The position numbers were made by a program, and so were the translations under genes. Below the pieces are notes generated by a model, which saw only the letters and a program-made list of their open reading frames with translations, was not told where the DNA came from and did not search any database. DNA of 63,385 nt, the filler included, from Lenisia limosa (taxonomy: Eukaryota; Protista; Breviatea): assembly GCA_001655205.1 (NCBI GenBank). It is 12 parts of 12 records of this genome, joined end to end, with 100 filler letters (N's around TTAATTAATTAA, not from the genome) between each part and the next. Parts side by side here need not be neighbours in the genome. Positions count along the whole stretch, not along the records: positions 61,773 to 63,385 come from LPNZ01004261.1; 11 more parts are not named here. The stretch is one strand, 5' to 3'. Every line of letters starts with the position of its first letter. The stretch's first letter is position 1. Shown one piece after another: positions 62,901-63,385 of the stretch.

Positions 62901-63385
62901 CGGCATGCGTGCTTTCATGGCATCGTGGGAATATGATGACTTGGGCTTCACTTCGGTCCGAAAAAGACCGGTGAAACATCGATGGTTCGACGATTTACAG
63001 ATAAATTCAGTCTAATTAAGAACCGAAGTGAATCACTGGGAGTAACGATTAAGGCTTCCACTTTAGTCAAGGCACTTGGAGTTTTGATTTTACTGAGTTT
63101 TGGAGGTGTTCCTAACCCTTGTTAGGTACCCTCCTGCTGATACCACCACTCCTGTTGGAAGAAATCTCATGAGGTGGGTGAATACTAGTTATGAGTCTTG
63201 TTTTTTAGAATGAACATGTGTGGAGCTATATATTACAGCCATTTAGTATTTTATGTGATTAAACAAATCGAATTCCAAGTGTATTAACTAGTATTATAAT
63301 GCTAAGCACTTACCCCTCGAGTCACCCTTTAGATCCACTGTGGACGCTCGAGATAGGGGCTACTTAGCCCAGCCGCCTTCCTCGT

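Noticed and set aside
3940-63030. Palindromic repeats as a CRISPR array or prokaryotic REP elements
   Set aside because: They are dispersed, not regularly spaced, lie in spliceosomal introns, and have hAT-type target duplications; no cas genes are present.

Overview
This is AT-rich, intron-dense eukaryotic (protist-like) genomic DNA. The exons read with the standard genetic code and GT-AG introns, so most entries in the six-frame ORF track are spurious or antisense to real exons. Eleven 100-nt spacers (N44-TTAATTAATTAA-N44, stops in all six frames) divide the window into 12 contigs. Consecutive contigs carry internal pieces of unrelated genes (ALDH3, UTP20, HUWE1/Tom1-like, a cyclic-nucleotide-binding-domain protein, a FERM protein, an SR protein), so adjacency across a spacer is not biological. 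By hand-splicing I recover one complete glutaminyl cyclase gene head-to-head with a HUWE1-like 5' end, and a possible PP2C-like pseudophosphatase. The centrepiece is the 27-kb contig 19674-47108, which holds three paralogous giant receptor-like genes. The two long copies show an unknown N-terminus, TIG/Ig-like repeats, GCC2/GCC3 Cys-rich repeats and a CRMP/TRP-like multipass membrane domain; the third shows only the membrane tail. Intron positions differ markedly between the two long copies. Introns are crowded with miniature transposons: three hAT-type MITE families sharing TAGGGCT ends (8-bp target duplications seen), a Tc1-type MITE plus a decayed Tc1 transposase, other TIR elements, and unclassified dispersed repeats. 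Exon boundaries were placed by eye and are approximate. No database searches were run.
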